Assembly: GCA_964016885.1 (NCBI GenBank)
Contig: OZ024747.1
Coordinates: forward strand, 86,242,001 to 86,306,000
Direction: 5' to 3'
Source of the DNA: Eledone cirrhosa
Lineage: Eukaryota
DNA length: 64,000 bases
Shown here: piece after piece, positions 26,610-38,299 of the stretch
Layout of the letters: each line of letters begins with the position of its first letter
Numbering within the stretch: position 1 is the stretch's first letter
Notes under the pieces: generated by a model
What the model was told of the DNA's origin: nothing
Seen by the model: only the letters and a program-made list of their open reading frames with translations
The model's database searches: none
Made by a program: the position numbers and the translations under genes

Positions 26610-28129
26610 GAAATGCAAATAATGAACGATGATGATTAATACTTTATTGAAGCTATTGGTATGGTAACACTACTGAGAGATGTGGTATTAGAAAATAGTA
26701 TCACTTATGAGGTATAAGATAACCTGTAAGTTAAGGTGTACACAAGTTATATTTGAAATAAAAAGTATAATAAATACAATAAAAAATATAAAATTAAAAA
26801 TATAATAAAAACTATAATAAAAATGAAATCTAATGAAATAAAATAAAATAAAAATGAAAAAATAAAATCGAATATGTAATGTAAGGTCTTAGATGTCACT
26901 TTGAGTATAAATACCTGAAAAAAACTTAGGTCTAATAGAAACAGAAGGAATTGTGCGGATGCATCAAACAATTCAGAGTCCGTCAGAAATCTCGTTGATC
27001 CATATGGCTATATCTAGTAGTGTATGGCGTAGTCCGAGCTTTGAGGTGGATTAAGTTTCGGCAAGTAGCCATCCATGGTCTGGGTTGGTAGTCTTCCTAA
27101 GTTGATGTCGGAGCCTCTTTTTCTCCATTATATCACAAAGCGCTCGACTGTAAAAGGAGCTGTATTCATTTTATGTTTTGTGGTTCACCAATCGATAGAA
27201 CTGGTCATTCGGTTTACTTAGCCATGATTTAACAGTAGGGAACGCACTTAACGTTATGTAACTCATCCATCGTTATGTTGAACTAGCAGAAAAACCACCC
27301 TTTGGGTGATTTTCTGCTAGCATGTGTAGTGTGTATTGACATCATACACAGGTATATATACATGTAGATATGATACATCAAATAAAATCGTAATTGACAA
27401 TATATAATACATAGAAATTGAAAGAAAACTGCGTTACACTGTCTTATTTAATCAGTAACGTAATCCATAATACCTTAAAAAAGACGATATTATATATAAA
27501 CTGCATTAGGAGAAAATTAGTGACAGAAAATTAGTGTTTATTTAAGCGATGGCCAACCGGAAGTGTTGACATTTCAGAAATTTTAAAGAAGTGAATCTTT
27601 AAATAAACAAAATATATTTAATCAACAGCAACGAAATTTAGTAGATAAATTATTTAATATTTATTCATTATTTATTCAAAGTAATCCAACTTATTTTACT
27701 AATGGGATAAAAAATTATAAACCGTACGCGGTCCCACGCTCCTTACTTTATTATAGTTTAGATACCGTGGCTGGTGCAGCAACGGAGATAAATATTAGTT
27801 TGATTAAAATAACAGGAGGCTGGATTTAGCAAATAGAATTGATAAGGAGCTCCTGCATGATAAGAAAAAACCTCACAGCGAAATTTCCCAGCAATACCGC
27901 AGTGAATCCATGCAATACCGCAGTGAAAAACTGCATGCTTAGCAACAATTCATGCATGGATATGTTGCCAGGAGGCTCCGCAGCGAGAGTAATAGAGATA
28001 AGAAAAATAGTCTATCTGGGACCAACAACCGCTATATTGGCTCTCACTCAGGAAAAAATTATAACATCATTAGAAATCCCAAGTGAACAATCAAAACCAA
28101 AGAGAAAGCTGTTTAATGAATGATCTGCT

Positions 28130-28460
28130 GGTGATGACTTATGGAAGTGAAACATAGCTGATCAACACTACCACTATAGAGACTCTTGCAGTGGTCCAAC
28201 CTAAAATGGAGCGAATCATTCCCAGCATCACCTTAGGTGATAGGAAGAACAACAGCAGGATTCGACAGCAGACAGGGAGTGAAGGACATCATTGAGACCA
28301 TCAAGAATGGTAAATATAGATGGGCTGGGCATGTCTCTTGTCTCAGAAACAACAGGAGGATTATTAGTGCGACAGACTGGACACCAAGGCAGTGGAGAAG
28401 GACTAAATAGTGACCAACGGCAAGATGGCGCGACGATCTAACCCGATACCCCGGCCCCAC
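28130..28460 (+). mobile_element. RTE LINE 3' fragment (different subfamily)
   Basis: TYGSET..; QPKMER..ITLGDRKNNSRIRQQTGVKDIIETIK..KYRWAGHV...ARWRDDL. Confidence 0.82.
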
Positions 28461-28661
28461 ACATACACAAATCCTGGTTTAAGAAGAGAAAAATGAGTTC
28501 CATCACTATCGATACGCCACCACTACTACGAGTGTCAGAATGGTATTCAAGAATTTGGAGTGTATATAATTATGTGCAGCAGTGACCATTGAACCATCTG
28601 GCTTCCTATGTCAGTTTACACTTAATTACACTCTTATTACTACGGCAGCAACGACAACACT

Positions 28662-28692
<31 letters not shown>

Positions 28693-29435
28693 ATTACAAT
28701 AGTAACAACAATAGCAACACCAGCAATAATAGAGGTGACAACACCAGCATCATCAACAACAACAACAACAGTAAACTTAACAACAATGCTAACATCACCC
28801 CCCACCTCCCCTACTTCACTCTTATCTCCTATCCTAGGGTTGGCTTGACCAGACCAAATGTGGCCGCATTACTGACCGATTGCCAACATATTGAAGGAGG
28901 TAAAAATAGCCGCACGTAAACTACCACTGTCCAGCAACTTCTAAACCACCACACCACCTTCCTAGAGACACTGATCTCCCCCCCTGTACAAACATGTGTA
29001 TGCCTGTTTCACCCCACTCCTACACACAGAGAAATATGCACCTCTAACACGTTACACACTTTGCTGACAGTTTGGTAAGATAACCTGTCGATGCGGTGTC
29101 TGTAACAACAGTAAAAATTGTATTATTATAGGGTTCCATGCTTCAATTAGAGATATTTGTAGGCTGGTATGGTGAGAGGACACACTTAAGAAGAGAGTGA
29201 AAGAGAGAGAGAGGGGGGGGGGGGGGGAGAAAGAGAGAAGGAAGAGGGCGGAAATCCACATATTTATATGTACACACACAAAAGAAAAGATACATTTAAC
29301 TAAAACCAAATTCCAGACATTAGTTGGTTATGAGGTTATCCTCATTTGTATGTGTACGCGTCTGTGTATATTTTCTCAGTACTAAGATCTTCGCTATCTA
29401 CCTAGTATGTTAATACACCGCGCATCGAGTACGTC

Positions 29436-29530
29436 AGTGCACCAATATACCATGTACCCAGTATACCAATATACCATGTACCTAGTATACCGATATACCA
29501 TGTACTCAGTACACTAATATACTCTATAGA
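29436..29530. repeat. 24-bp tandem repeat x~4
   Basis: cagtataccaatataccatgtacc units. Confidence 0.85.
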
Positions 29531-30865
29531 CCTGATGTATTTCGTTCTTCGCTTATAAAATGCCCAGTACACTAACAGAAGCTTTCTCTGCGAAAAGAAC
29601 GAACTGCTTACAAATATAAATGTTTATTACTCCGCCAAACGTATGTATGGCTTTTAAATTAGATTGGCCATCATCTATTTTTTGACACCTTGTATGACAT
29701 ATATGGGGTTGCTATAGTAATATCCCTCCATATACAGAAAGATAGGGGGTAGCTATTCTATGACGAGGAGACGAATAGTTAGTGTTTACTTACACTTCTC
29801 ATACCACAACGAAGGTTTTTAATTAAATCTACCATGCCCCCCCCCCCCATCTCTCTCATACACACACATATATATAGAGAGAGATAGAGAAATAGCTTCT
29901 GCAGGACTGAACCCGGGATAAACATATATATAACGTTGTCCAAGATATCAGGTCGCCGGACTGGGCTGGGAACATTTTGGCTGCGCCCACATATTAAGAA
30001 GTCTTCACAGTTGAGTTTTGTAATGGTCAAACTACTACTAATACTAATCTGAAATTGACATACAAAACTGCACATACATTAGAAAGAATTTTGTTATTTT
30101 GGAGATTCAGGTATTTTCTACCACCACTACATACACAATACCACCACCACTACCACTCACTGTACCATCTAGACTCACATCACATACATACAGCCCCACC
30201 ACCACTTTCATTCACACGACCATCATCACACTGCGCACAACAACCATTACTATACATAAATATACACACACACACAAAGACGTGTTTCATAACATAACTG
30301 GATGTAATAATGAGAGAGGAAAAGAGGAAAGTGGGAAAAACCCGAAATCTGTTCTTGTGTGTTGTATTTCCTTTACACATTTTCTGTTTGTTTGTCTGTA
30401 TATATAGGACTTAGGTCATTTTGTTTTTGTTCTCACAGCCTTCTGGACATACTTCTTGGCTAATAGGTTGGGCTTTCTTTATATTTCTTCTTCCTAGTTG
30501 TAGTACATTGGTTTATAACAAATTTTATTTGTAAGTAAAAAGTCGAAATACAAATCATCCTGTCTTGTCGCCATTTGTTACTGCCCCCATGAGCACCTAG
30601 CTAGTCGTTTTGACCCTAAAGCGCCGAAGCCACGAGGTTCCCGAGTGGTCGACTGATGAGAAGGGACTGTCCTGTTTCGTCCGCTCTCGAAAATATTATG
30701 AGGAGGGATCGCGCTGAACCCTTCTCACAGCGGAACCATAGTTTGGAAGCGTGGAACTGGATGGCACCGCTATGAAGAGGGAGAGGCCAGTTAGCAGCGC
30801 TGAACCCCTCACACACCGTCCCACAGTTTTAACAGCACACCGTGGTTTGGGAGCTGCATATATAT

Positions 30866-31036
30866 ATCATTATCATCATCGTTTAACGTCTATTTTTCCA
30901 TGCTTGCATGGGATATACGGGTTGATCACGTTATGAGACAAATCTAGTCAGTTGGGCGCGCCGTACCTTGCTCAAATGGAACTATATCTTAGCAGGAATT
31001 TTTACAGCTGGATGCCCTTCCTGAGACCAACCACGT
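30866..31036 (-). mobile_element. RTE-type 3' UTR/tail fragment
   Basis: catcatcgtttaacgtctattttt...ttttacagctggatgcccttcctgagaccaacc. Confidence 0.65.
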
Positions 31037-31153
31037 TATATATGTGTTTATGATAATTTTTTAATGAACTGTCACTTATTAGTTTGATAAATCAAGATTG
31101 ATAACATAACTACCATACTGTAATAAGTACTGGGTTTGATATGATTAAACTAC

Positions 31154-31498
31154 TGAAATAATTGTTTCTACTTTTGGTACAAGGCCAGCAATTATCCCAG
31201 TGCATTATTTTATCGACCCCGTAAGGATGAAAGGCACAGTTAACCTCTGCAGGATTTGAACTCAGACCGTCAAGTGCCGTAACTCTGTACTGCAAAGCAT
31301 GGCGTCCGACCCTCTACCGATTGAAATAATTGTTTCTACTTTAGGCACATATTACCCAGTGCATTACTGGTACTTTATTTTATCGACCCCGTAAGGATGA
31401 AAGGCAAAGTCAACCTCGGCGGGATTTGAACTCAGATCGTAAAGGGACGTAACTATGCTGGAAAGCATGGCATCCGACCCTCTACCGATTGAAATAAT
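31154..31498 (-). mobile_element. Tandem dimer of SINE family A
   Basis: Two copies (31163-31321 and 31331-31489), separated and flanked by tgaaataat. Confidence 0.9.
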
Positions 31499-31705
31499 AC
31501 CAATTGCTGAGTATCAGTCTTTACATGGTATTTGAAGTTGCTTCATAGTCATGCTAATTAAATGTTCTGCTTTACTTCCATGGTGGAAGAAGGTTATTTC
31601 ATTGTTCACATATGTGTATTTATAGGTGCTGCACAGTTTGTCTTGCATACATAACATCTACTCATACAACCCACATTTCTTTAGGACAAACAGGAGCAAG
31701 ACGTT

Positions 31706-31964
31706 TTGACCCTTTCATCACCAAACCACTCTTGTTTCTATGATGAAAAGGTGTTTATTTAAAAGTCTTTACATTCATCTAAAACCCTTTCATTATAATT
31801 TAAAGTAAGATCCCTCTTTAGGTTATGCTCCAAACACCAGTTAAATAAGGAGAAAGTTATATTACTAAATCCTCTCAAATTTATGGGTTTAAAAAAAAAA
31901 AATAATAATTTGCACATCATAGGTGGGTAGTCTTTCATCAGAAATATGGTAATGAAAGGGTTAA
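31706..31964. mobile_element. piggyBac-type MITE, second family
   Basis: ttgaccctttcatcacca ... tggtaatgaaagggttaa: an 18-bp inverted match with 2 mismatches, including the TTAA/TTGA ends. Confidence 0.7.
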
Positions 31965-32040
31965 GACATCAACTCCAGCTCCCTATCATCTCAGTCATCA
32001 CTCTCCTACTCAGTATTTAGAGAAATAACAACAGGTCATG

Positions 32041-32115
<75 letters not shown>

Positions 32116-32371
32116 GAAGTGTACACACGGAAATTACGTATGTATACTTTAGTATTTAAACTAACCGATAATTAAGTTAGTATTAGTTATTAGTGGTTGG
32201 TAGCATGTAACTACCCAGCAATTTACTGGCTACTGTGGAGCAACAGCAAATAATTGAGAGAGTGGTGGAGGTTGGGAGAAGGGCGGAGAGAGTGAGAACA
32301 GGGTTGGAGTGCTATTAAAGTGGATAAACTCGCCGTCAGGTGTGGGAAGAATCGATTGCCATGTTAGACTA

Positions 32372-32758
32372 TGGCGGGTTAGGCTGTAATGGGCAAACAT
32401 GGATGAGGTGGGTTAGTTGGTGCGTTAGGCTGTGATGGGCAAACATATATGGGGTGGGTTAACTGGTGCGTTAGGCTGTGAGGGGGCAAACAGGGATAAA
32501 GTGGGTTAACTCGTATGTAAGGCTGTGATGGGTAAACATGGATTGGGTGGGTTAACTAGTGTGTTAGGCTGAGAGGAGGCAAACATAAGTGGGAAAGGTT
32601 AACTGGTGTGTTAGGCTGTGATGAGTAAATATAGATTGGGTGGATTTACTGGTGTATTAGGCTGTTAAGGGCAAACCTGGTAGGGGTGGGATAACTGCTG
32701 TGTTAAGCTGTGATGGACAAACATAAATGGGATGAGGTAACTAGTGTTAGGCTGTGAT
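32372..32758. repeat. Minisatellite, ~43 bp x9
   Basis: ggtgggttaactggtgcgttaggctgtgatgggcaaacatggat units, diverged. Confidence 0.92.
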
Positions 32759-32922
32759 ACAAGCATTTGACCGAGATCTCGATTTGAAGATATTTCCATC
32801 AGTCAGGGAAGCCATGAAAAGGGCCATAGGCACCGCCCTTCCCTCGCTGATTGCGAACAGGAGTTAGCAGCAACAGCAACACCATGAACAACAGCCCTAG
32901 AAATAACAATAATAGCAATAAT

Positions 32923-33116
32923 TGTTTCTACTTTTGGAACAAGGCCAGCAATTATCCCAGTGCATTACTGGTACTTTATTTTATCGACCCCGTAAGGATG
33001 AAAGGCAAAGTTAACCTCGGCGGGATTTGAACTCGGAATGGCAAGGGCCGTAACTATGCGTCAAAGCATGGTGTCCGACCCTCTACCGATACTGCCAATC
33101 CACCTTAGGATTATAC
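32923..33116 (-). mobile_element. Full-length SINE family A
   Basis: Complete head and body; possible TSD agcaataat at 32914-32922 and 33117-33125. Confidence 0.9.
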
Positions 33117-33496
33117 AGCAATAATACCACCACCAATGACAGTAGCAGCAATAACAATAAAGTCTATGAGAAGAACAACAACACCACCACCACCAATCCC
33201 ACTACCATCACATATATCCCACAACAACAATAGTTTTCAGGAGTGGACATTGTAGAAGAATGAGTTTAAATTGAATGTTGAAAATGTAATAAAAATTGCA
33301 AACTTTTCTATAAAATATTGTGAAGGAAGCAACATGGCTTTATTACGGAATGTTTTACACACGTAGTTTGAGATAATTTGGGTTTTATTACACATACACA
33401 GACACACACACACGTGTTTGTGAGTTATTAAATAAGGTGTCTTATTGCCTATGTAATTACTTCTGTGTACATGTGTGGGTACTACATAACCACACG

Positions 33497-33531
<35 letters not shown>

Positions 33532-33921
33532 ACTATGCAAACACATGATCTATACGTGTATATGCATGTCCTGTTTTGTAGTCTTGTATCTCATTCCCTT
33601 CCACAGTATGTGTATGTATTAGTGTAAGATGACACCCCTGAGATGTTCAACAATGTTATTGTTGTTGCTGTTATAGTCAAGTTACATGTCATGACCTGAT
33701 ACCATCATCATCATCGCCGCCACCACTTCTTGTCTTAATCTCTTCCCTTTCTCCGACTCCTTTAAACGCTCGGCTCGCCGCCACCGTCATCAGCAGCACT
33801 ACACAATGACAGCAAGATCTACTTAAGTGCTTTTCATGTTGCGTCTTGTGTCACCCAATTTTCTGCCCCCCCCTCTTATCATCAGACTATCAAAACTATA
33901 GTAAGCTACACCACCATAGAT

Positions 33922-33964
<43 letters not shown>

Positions 33965-34409
33965 ATATCAAAACTGACGTTACCATTAAGGTCAACTAAG
34001 CAGTCGCCTAATGCGCAGACCTCAGAAAGGCGCAGTTTTATACAAATTTATATAATTAGATTAAAAATATAATTTTCTGCAATGAATAAATAAATCACGA
34101 AATACCCTTGCCGTGTAGCAGCGTTGCGGCCTAAGGTAGTGGAAAAAGAAGGCTTAGTAATTTTCTTAGTGTGGTCAGAACAAGATGTGTTAATATCTAG
34201 ATTCGTCAGCATTTTGAAAGAAGGGCCGCACCTTGTAGTAAAGTATCCAGACACCGGCCATAGTTGTAATTGGCAACAGATCTCCAAATAAGAATGAGGA
34301 AATATCTTGTCTGATTCATCCGTATGCTCCGCCCATCTCACAAGAGCTGGCTGAAATACCTTTACACTAAACTTTAGGGACCCGAAAAATAACAAACACT
34401 AACGATATC

Positions 34410-34480
34410 TAACTAACCCTAACCAACCATAAGCATAATTAACACTAACACAAACCCTTATCCTAACCATGACCCTAACA
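34410..34480. repeat. Degenerate (CCCTAA)n-like tract
   Basis: ctaaccctaacc...cccttatcctaaccatgaccctaac. Probably internal to a repeat rather than a telomere. Confidence 0.55.
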
Positions 34481-34882
34481 TGAAATATACATATGAGAGA
34501 GAGATGAATTCGCTGATTGAGGGGAGATATTTCTCAGACTTCACCGCCATTTTCGCCAGGATAGGTAAGGATGTTCGCTTCACAACGGGATTAAGTTCCA
34601 AGTACGATCTCACTGCGTGGAACACCGGGCAAGTGTCTTATACCGCAGGTAGAACAATGCTCTGTAGAATATGGTAGACGGAAAGAGCACACACGCCCGT
34701 CACATGTACACGCACGCACGCACACACGAATCTAACACTTCTCGATGTCTCTGAGTTAGATAAGTGTTTATACACTAAACTCATCGACTGGGCAAACTTT
34801 TCAAGTGTTTTTAACTTTACACACACACACACACACACATACATATGTATACATAAATAAATATATATATACATACATATAC

Positions 34883-34924
<42 letters not shown>

Positions 34925-35049
34925 TATATATACATACATATACATTATATATATATATATATAAATAAATATTTATATACATACATATACATTATATATA
35001 TATATATATAAATAAATATATATATACATACATATATATATACATACAC

Positions 35050-35385
35050 ATGGTGGCTGCCAACTCGTTTTCGAGTACGGCCACTAGTTTATATCCATGT
35101 AGGAGAACCCCTACCAATGCGCTGAACGAGTGTGACTTTTTAGTCCAGCCAGCGACTTGAAAACTCTGGTACAAACACTACACCTGTGACAATTATTGAC
35201 ACATAGTGCTGGGCCCACGGTACCATGTGACGACAAGTGCAGAGAGATCAGAGATCTCCAGATATAAAGCAATGCCTGTGCCGTGAAGCTTTTATAGTGA
35301 GCAAAGGCACTGCACAAAGCCAGTCCCACTCTCTTAACCAAGATAATAATTACCAAAAAGAACAAGTCAACATCATTGGATACCA
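35050..35385 (-). mobile_element. Bipartite non-autonomous RTE derivative, 5'-truncated copy
   Basis: An RTE 5' UTR segment (agagagtggga.tgg...gcacaggcattgc) is joined to the last zinc finger ([22 protein letters not shown]) and the 3' terminal motif. Confidence 0.85.
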
Positions 35386-35430
35386 TACACATATATACAT
35401 ACATACATACATACATATATACATACATAT

Positions 35431-35461
<31 letters not shown>

Positions 35462-35518
35462 CATATGTTTATATTTGTTGATTTACCAACAAATTGTATA
35501 TCCCTTTGGCTTACATTT

Positions 35519-35702
35519 GGCAGTATCGGTAGAGGGTCGGACGCCATGCTTTTGACGCATAGAGTTACAGCCCTTGCCATTCTGAGTTCAAATCCCGCCG
35601 AGGTTAACTTTGCCTTTCATCCTTACGGGGTCGATAAAATAAAGTACCAGTAATACACTGGGGTAATTACTGGCCTTGTGCCAAAAATTAGAAACAATTA
35701 TA
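35519..35702 (+). mobile_element. Near full-length SINE family A
   Basis: Conserved head, body and tail. Confidence 0.9.
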
Positions 35703-35715
35703 TATATATATACAT

Positions 35716-35746
<31 letters not shown>

Positions 35747-35797
35747 CACACACACACATTATATATACACACACACACACATATATATATACACACG

Positions 35798-35829
<32 letters not shown>

Positions 35830-35864
35830 CATACACACTCTCACATTATATATACATATATCTA

Positions 35865-36223
35865 TGTAGGAGGTGAGTTTTATTGTAGTACAATAAAGCC
35901 ATGCAGATATCGAATAAGTAGCACTCTACAGGTTGTAGGACTGGAGTATAAATAATATATAAGATCAAAAGATGGTTAAAAGAGTTCCATGTATTTTATT
36001 ATGCGCATTTCAAAAACAAATATCATCATGTGAATAGTGCAGTTTTAAATAAACATATATTCATTTAAAACTGCACTATTCACAAGTGTGTTTTAACCTT
36101 CATATCATGTCTCCCTATTTTATCTGACGAAAACGCAAATGTTATTGCATGATGATATTTGTTTTTGAAATGCGCATAATAAAATACATGGAACTCTTTT
36201 AACCATCTTTTGATCTTATATAT
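35865..36223 (+). mobile_element. Hammerhead-containing short element (Penelope pLTR/retrozyme-like), copy 1 with inverted segment
   Basis: Homologous to 38295-38515. Positions 35955-36030 are the exact reverse complement of 36148-36223. Confidence 0.7.
36116..36186 (+). ncRNA. Type I hammerhead ribozyme motif
   Basis: tattttat-CTGACGA-[AT-rich stem II]-GAAA-tgcgca-TA-ataaaata: 8-bp stem I, intact core, palindromic stem III. Confidence 0.72.
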
Positions 36224-36367
36224 ACATATATATATATACGTACACACTCTCACAAATTATATATACATATATATATATATATATATACATACACACTCTC
36301 ACAAATTCTATATATACATACACACTCTCACAAATTATATATACATATATATATATATATATATACG

Positions 36368-37185
36368 ATGCCTGCATACGAACAGCAATGCTGCATGGCA
36401 GTGAGACCTGGGCATTGTGTGCAGAGGATATACGCAGACTAGAGAGGAACGAAGCTTGCATGCTCCGCTGGATGTGCAATAGTAATATACGTGAACGGCA
36501 AAGCATAAACGAACTAAGGAAAAAATTAGAAATAAGAGGGATCAGATGTTGTTTACTCGAGAGAAGGTTACGTTGGTATGGACACGTGATGCGCATGAAA
36601 GTCGATAGCTGTATAACAAAGTGCAGGGCAATAAAGATAGACGGTAGCCACGAAGTAGGCAGACCCAGAAAAACATGGGACGAGCTGATAAATTCCGACC
36701 TCACACGCTTACACCTCTCCAAACCAATGTCACTGGACCGAGACCTTTGGCGGTACTCAGTAATAGAGAAGACCCGCCTTACCTAAATACAAAGTAAAAA
36801 CCTACTACAGTCAGTAGGCATCTCTATCAAAACACCCCCCCCCCGTCCCACCACCTCCACCCCATCCACACCGCCCCTTTCAATGTAAAGTTATGTTGGT
36901 CCCACAACATCCAGGCCGAAACAAATGGGATCGTGTAGGTGTCACGACAAAAAAACACACAGTCCACGCTGTAATGTGGCCGTGTAGGCAACACGGTAAA
37001 AACCTCCCAGCCCCACACTGTAAATGTGGTTGGTGTTAGGAAGGGCATCCAACTGTAGAAAACCCGCCAGACAGTCCTATGCGAGCAAGACAACCACTCT
37101 TGCCTCAAGTGGGAAAACCCCCGTCCAAACCCATGCAAGCGTGGAACATGGACTCTAAACCTGATGATGATGATGATGATGATGA
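36368..37185 (+). mobile_element. 5'-truncated RTE LINE with 3' UTR and (GAT)n tail
   Basis: ORF 36388..36786 is uninterrupted: MLHGSETWAL...RRLERNEACMLRWMC...ERRLRWYGHVMRM...GRPRKTW...DRDLWR. The (gat)n tail is at 37163-37185. Confidence 0.92.
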
Positions 37186-37710
37186 TACATATATACATAC
37201 ATATATATATATATACATATATATATACATACATACACACTCTCACAAATTATATATACACATATATATATATACATATATATATACATACATATATACA
37301 CATACATATATATACATACATATATACACATACATATATACACATATATATACACATATATATACACATATATATACATATATACACATATATATACATA
37401 TACACACATATATATACATATACATACATATATATATATATATACATATACATACATATATACACATATATACACATATATATATACATACATATATATA
37501 TACATATACATACCTATATATACATATACATACATATATATACATATACATACATATATATACATATACATATATATACATATACATACATATATATACA
37601 TATACATACATATATATACATATACATACATATACATATATATATATATACATATACATACATATATATATATATACATATACATACATATATATATACA
37701 TATATATACA

Positions 37711-37742
<32 letters not shown>

Positions 37743-37813
37743 CACATATATATACATATACATACACATATACATACATATATACATACATATACATACA
37801 TATATATATATAT

Positions 37814-37844
<31 letters not shown>

Positions 37845-37845
37845 A
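37186..37845. repeat. (TA/CA)n microsatellite
   Basis: Direct inspection. Confidence 0.97.
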
Positions 37846-38071
37846 GAAAGTGAGGGAAAAGCCGGAGTGAATAATTGACCTTAATAGCTTCTAATCCACA
37901 TTCTCAATGAGCTGACTGTAACATTCTGGTCATTGTTGCTCACCCCACCTTCTCTCTATATCCACAATTGTTGACTTACATCAGGAGTTTATGACTTGTC
38001 CACACACACATACATACATACATACACGATTGTTGTACTCACCACCACCAACAATAACAACTATATCTACT

Positions 38072-38117
<46 letters not shown>

Positions 38118-38122
<5 letters not shown>

Positions 38123-38178
38123 AACGAGTAGGACCCCGACGGCTGAGCTCAAACCGTCGGGGTCCTACTCGTTCCTAT
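38118..38178. repeat. Perfect inverted repeat, 25-bp arms, 11-nt loop
   Basis: ataggaacgagtaggaccccgacgg / ccgtcggggtcctactcgttcctat. Confidence 0.95.
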
Positions 38179-38254
38179 TACCCACTCTACTACCCCAAGT
38201 ATTGAGTACTTTGGTGCGTTATGGTCCACCTGCTTCCTTACCACATTTCCTTCG

Positions 38255-38294
<40 letters not shown>

Positions 38295-38299
<5 letters not shown>

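Noticed and set aside
27050-27082. Minus-strand GGC tact tGCC-GAAAC hammerhead-like half
   Set aside because: The CUGANGA box is absent and no stem I can be formed.
34410-34480. Telomere or chromosome-fusion site
   Set aside because: Short, highly degenerate and in a single orientation.
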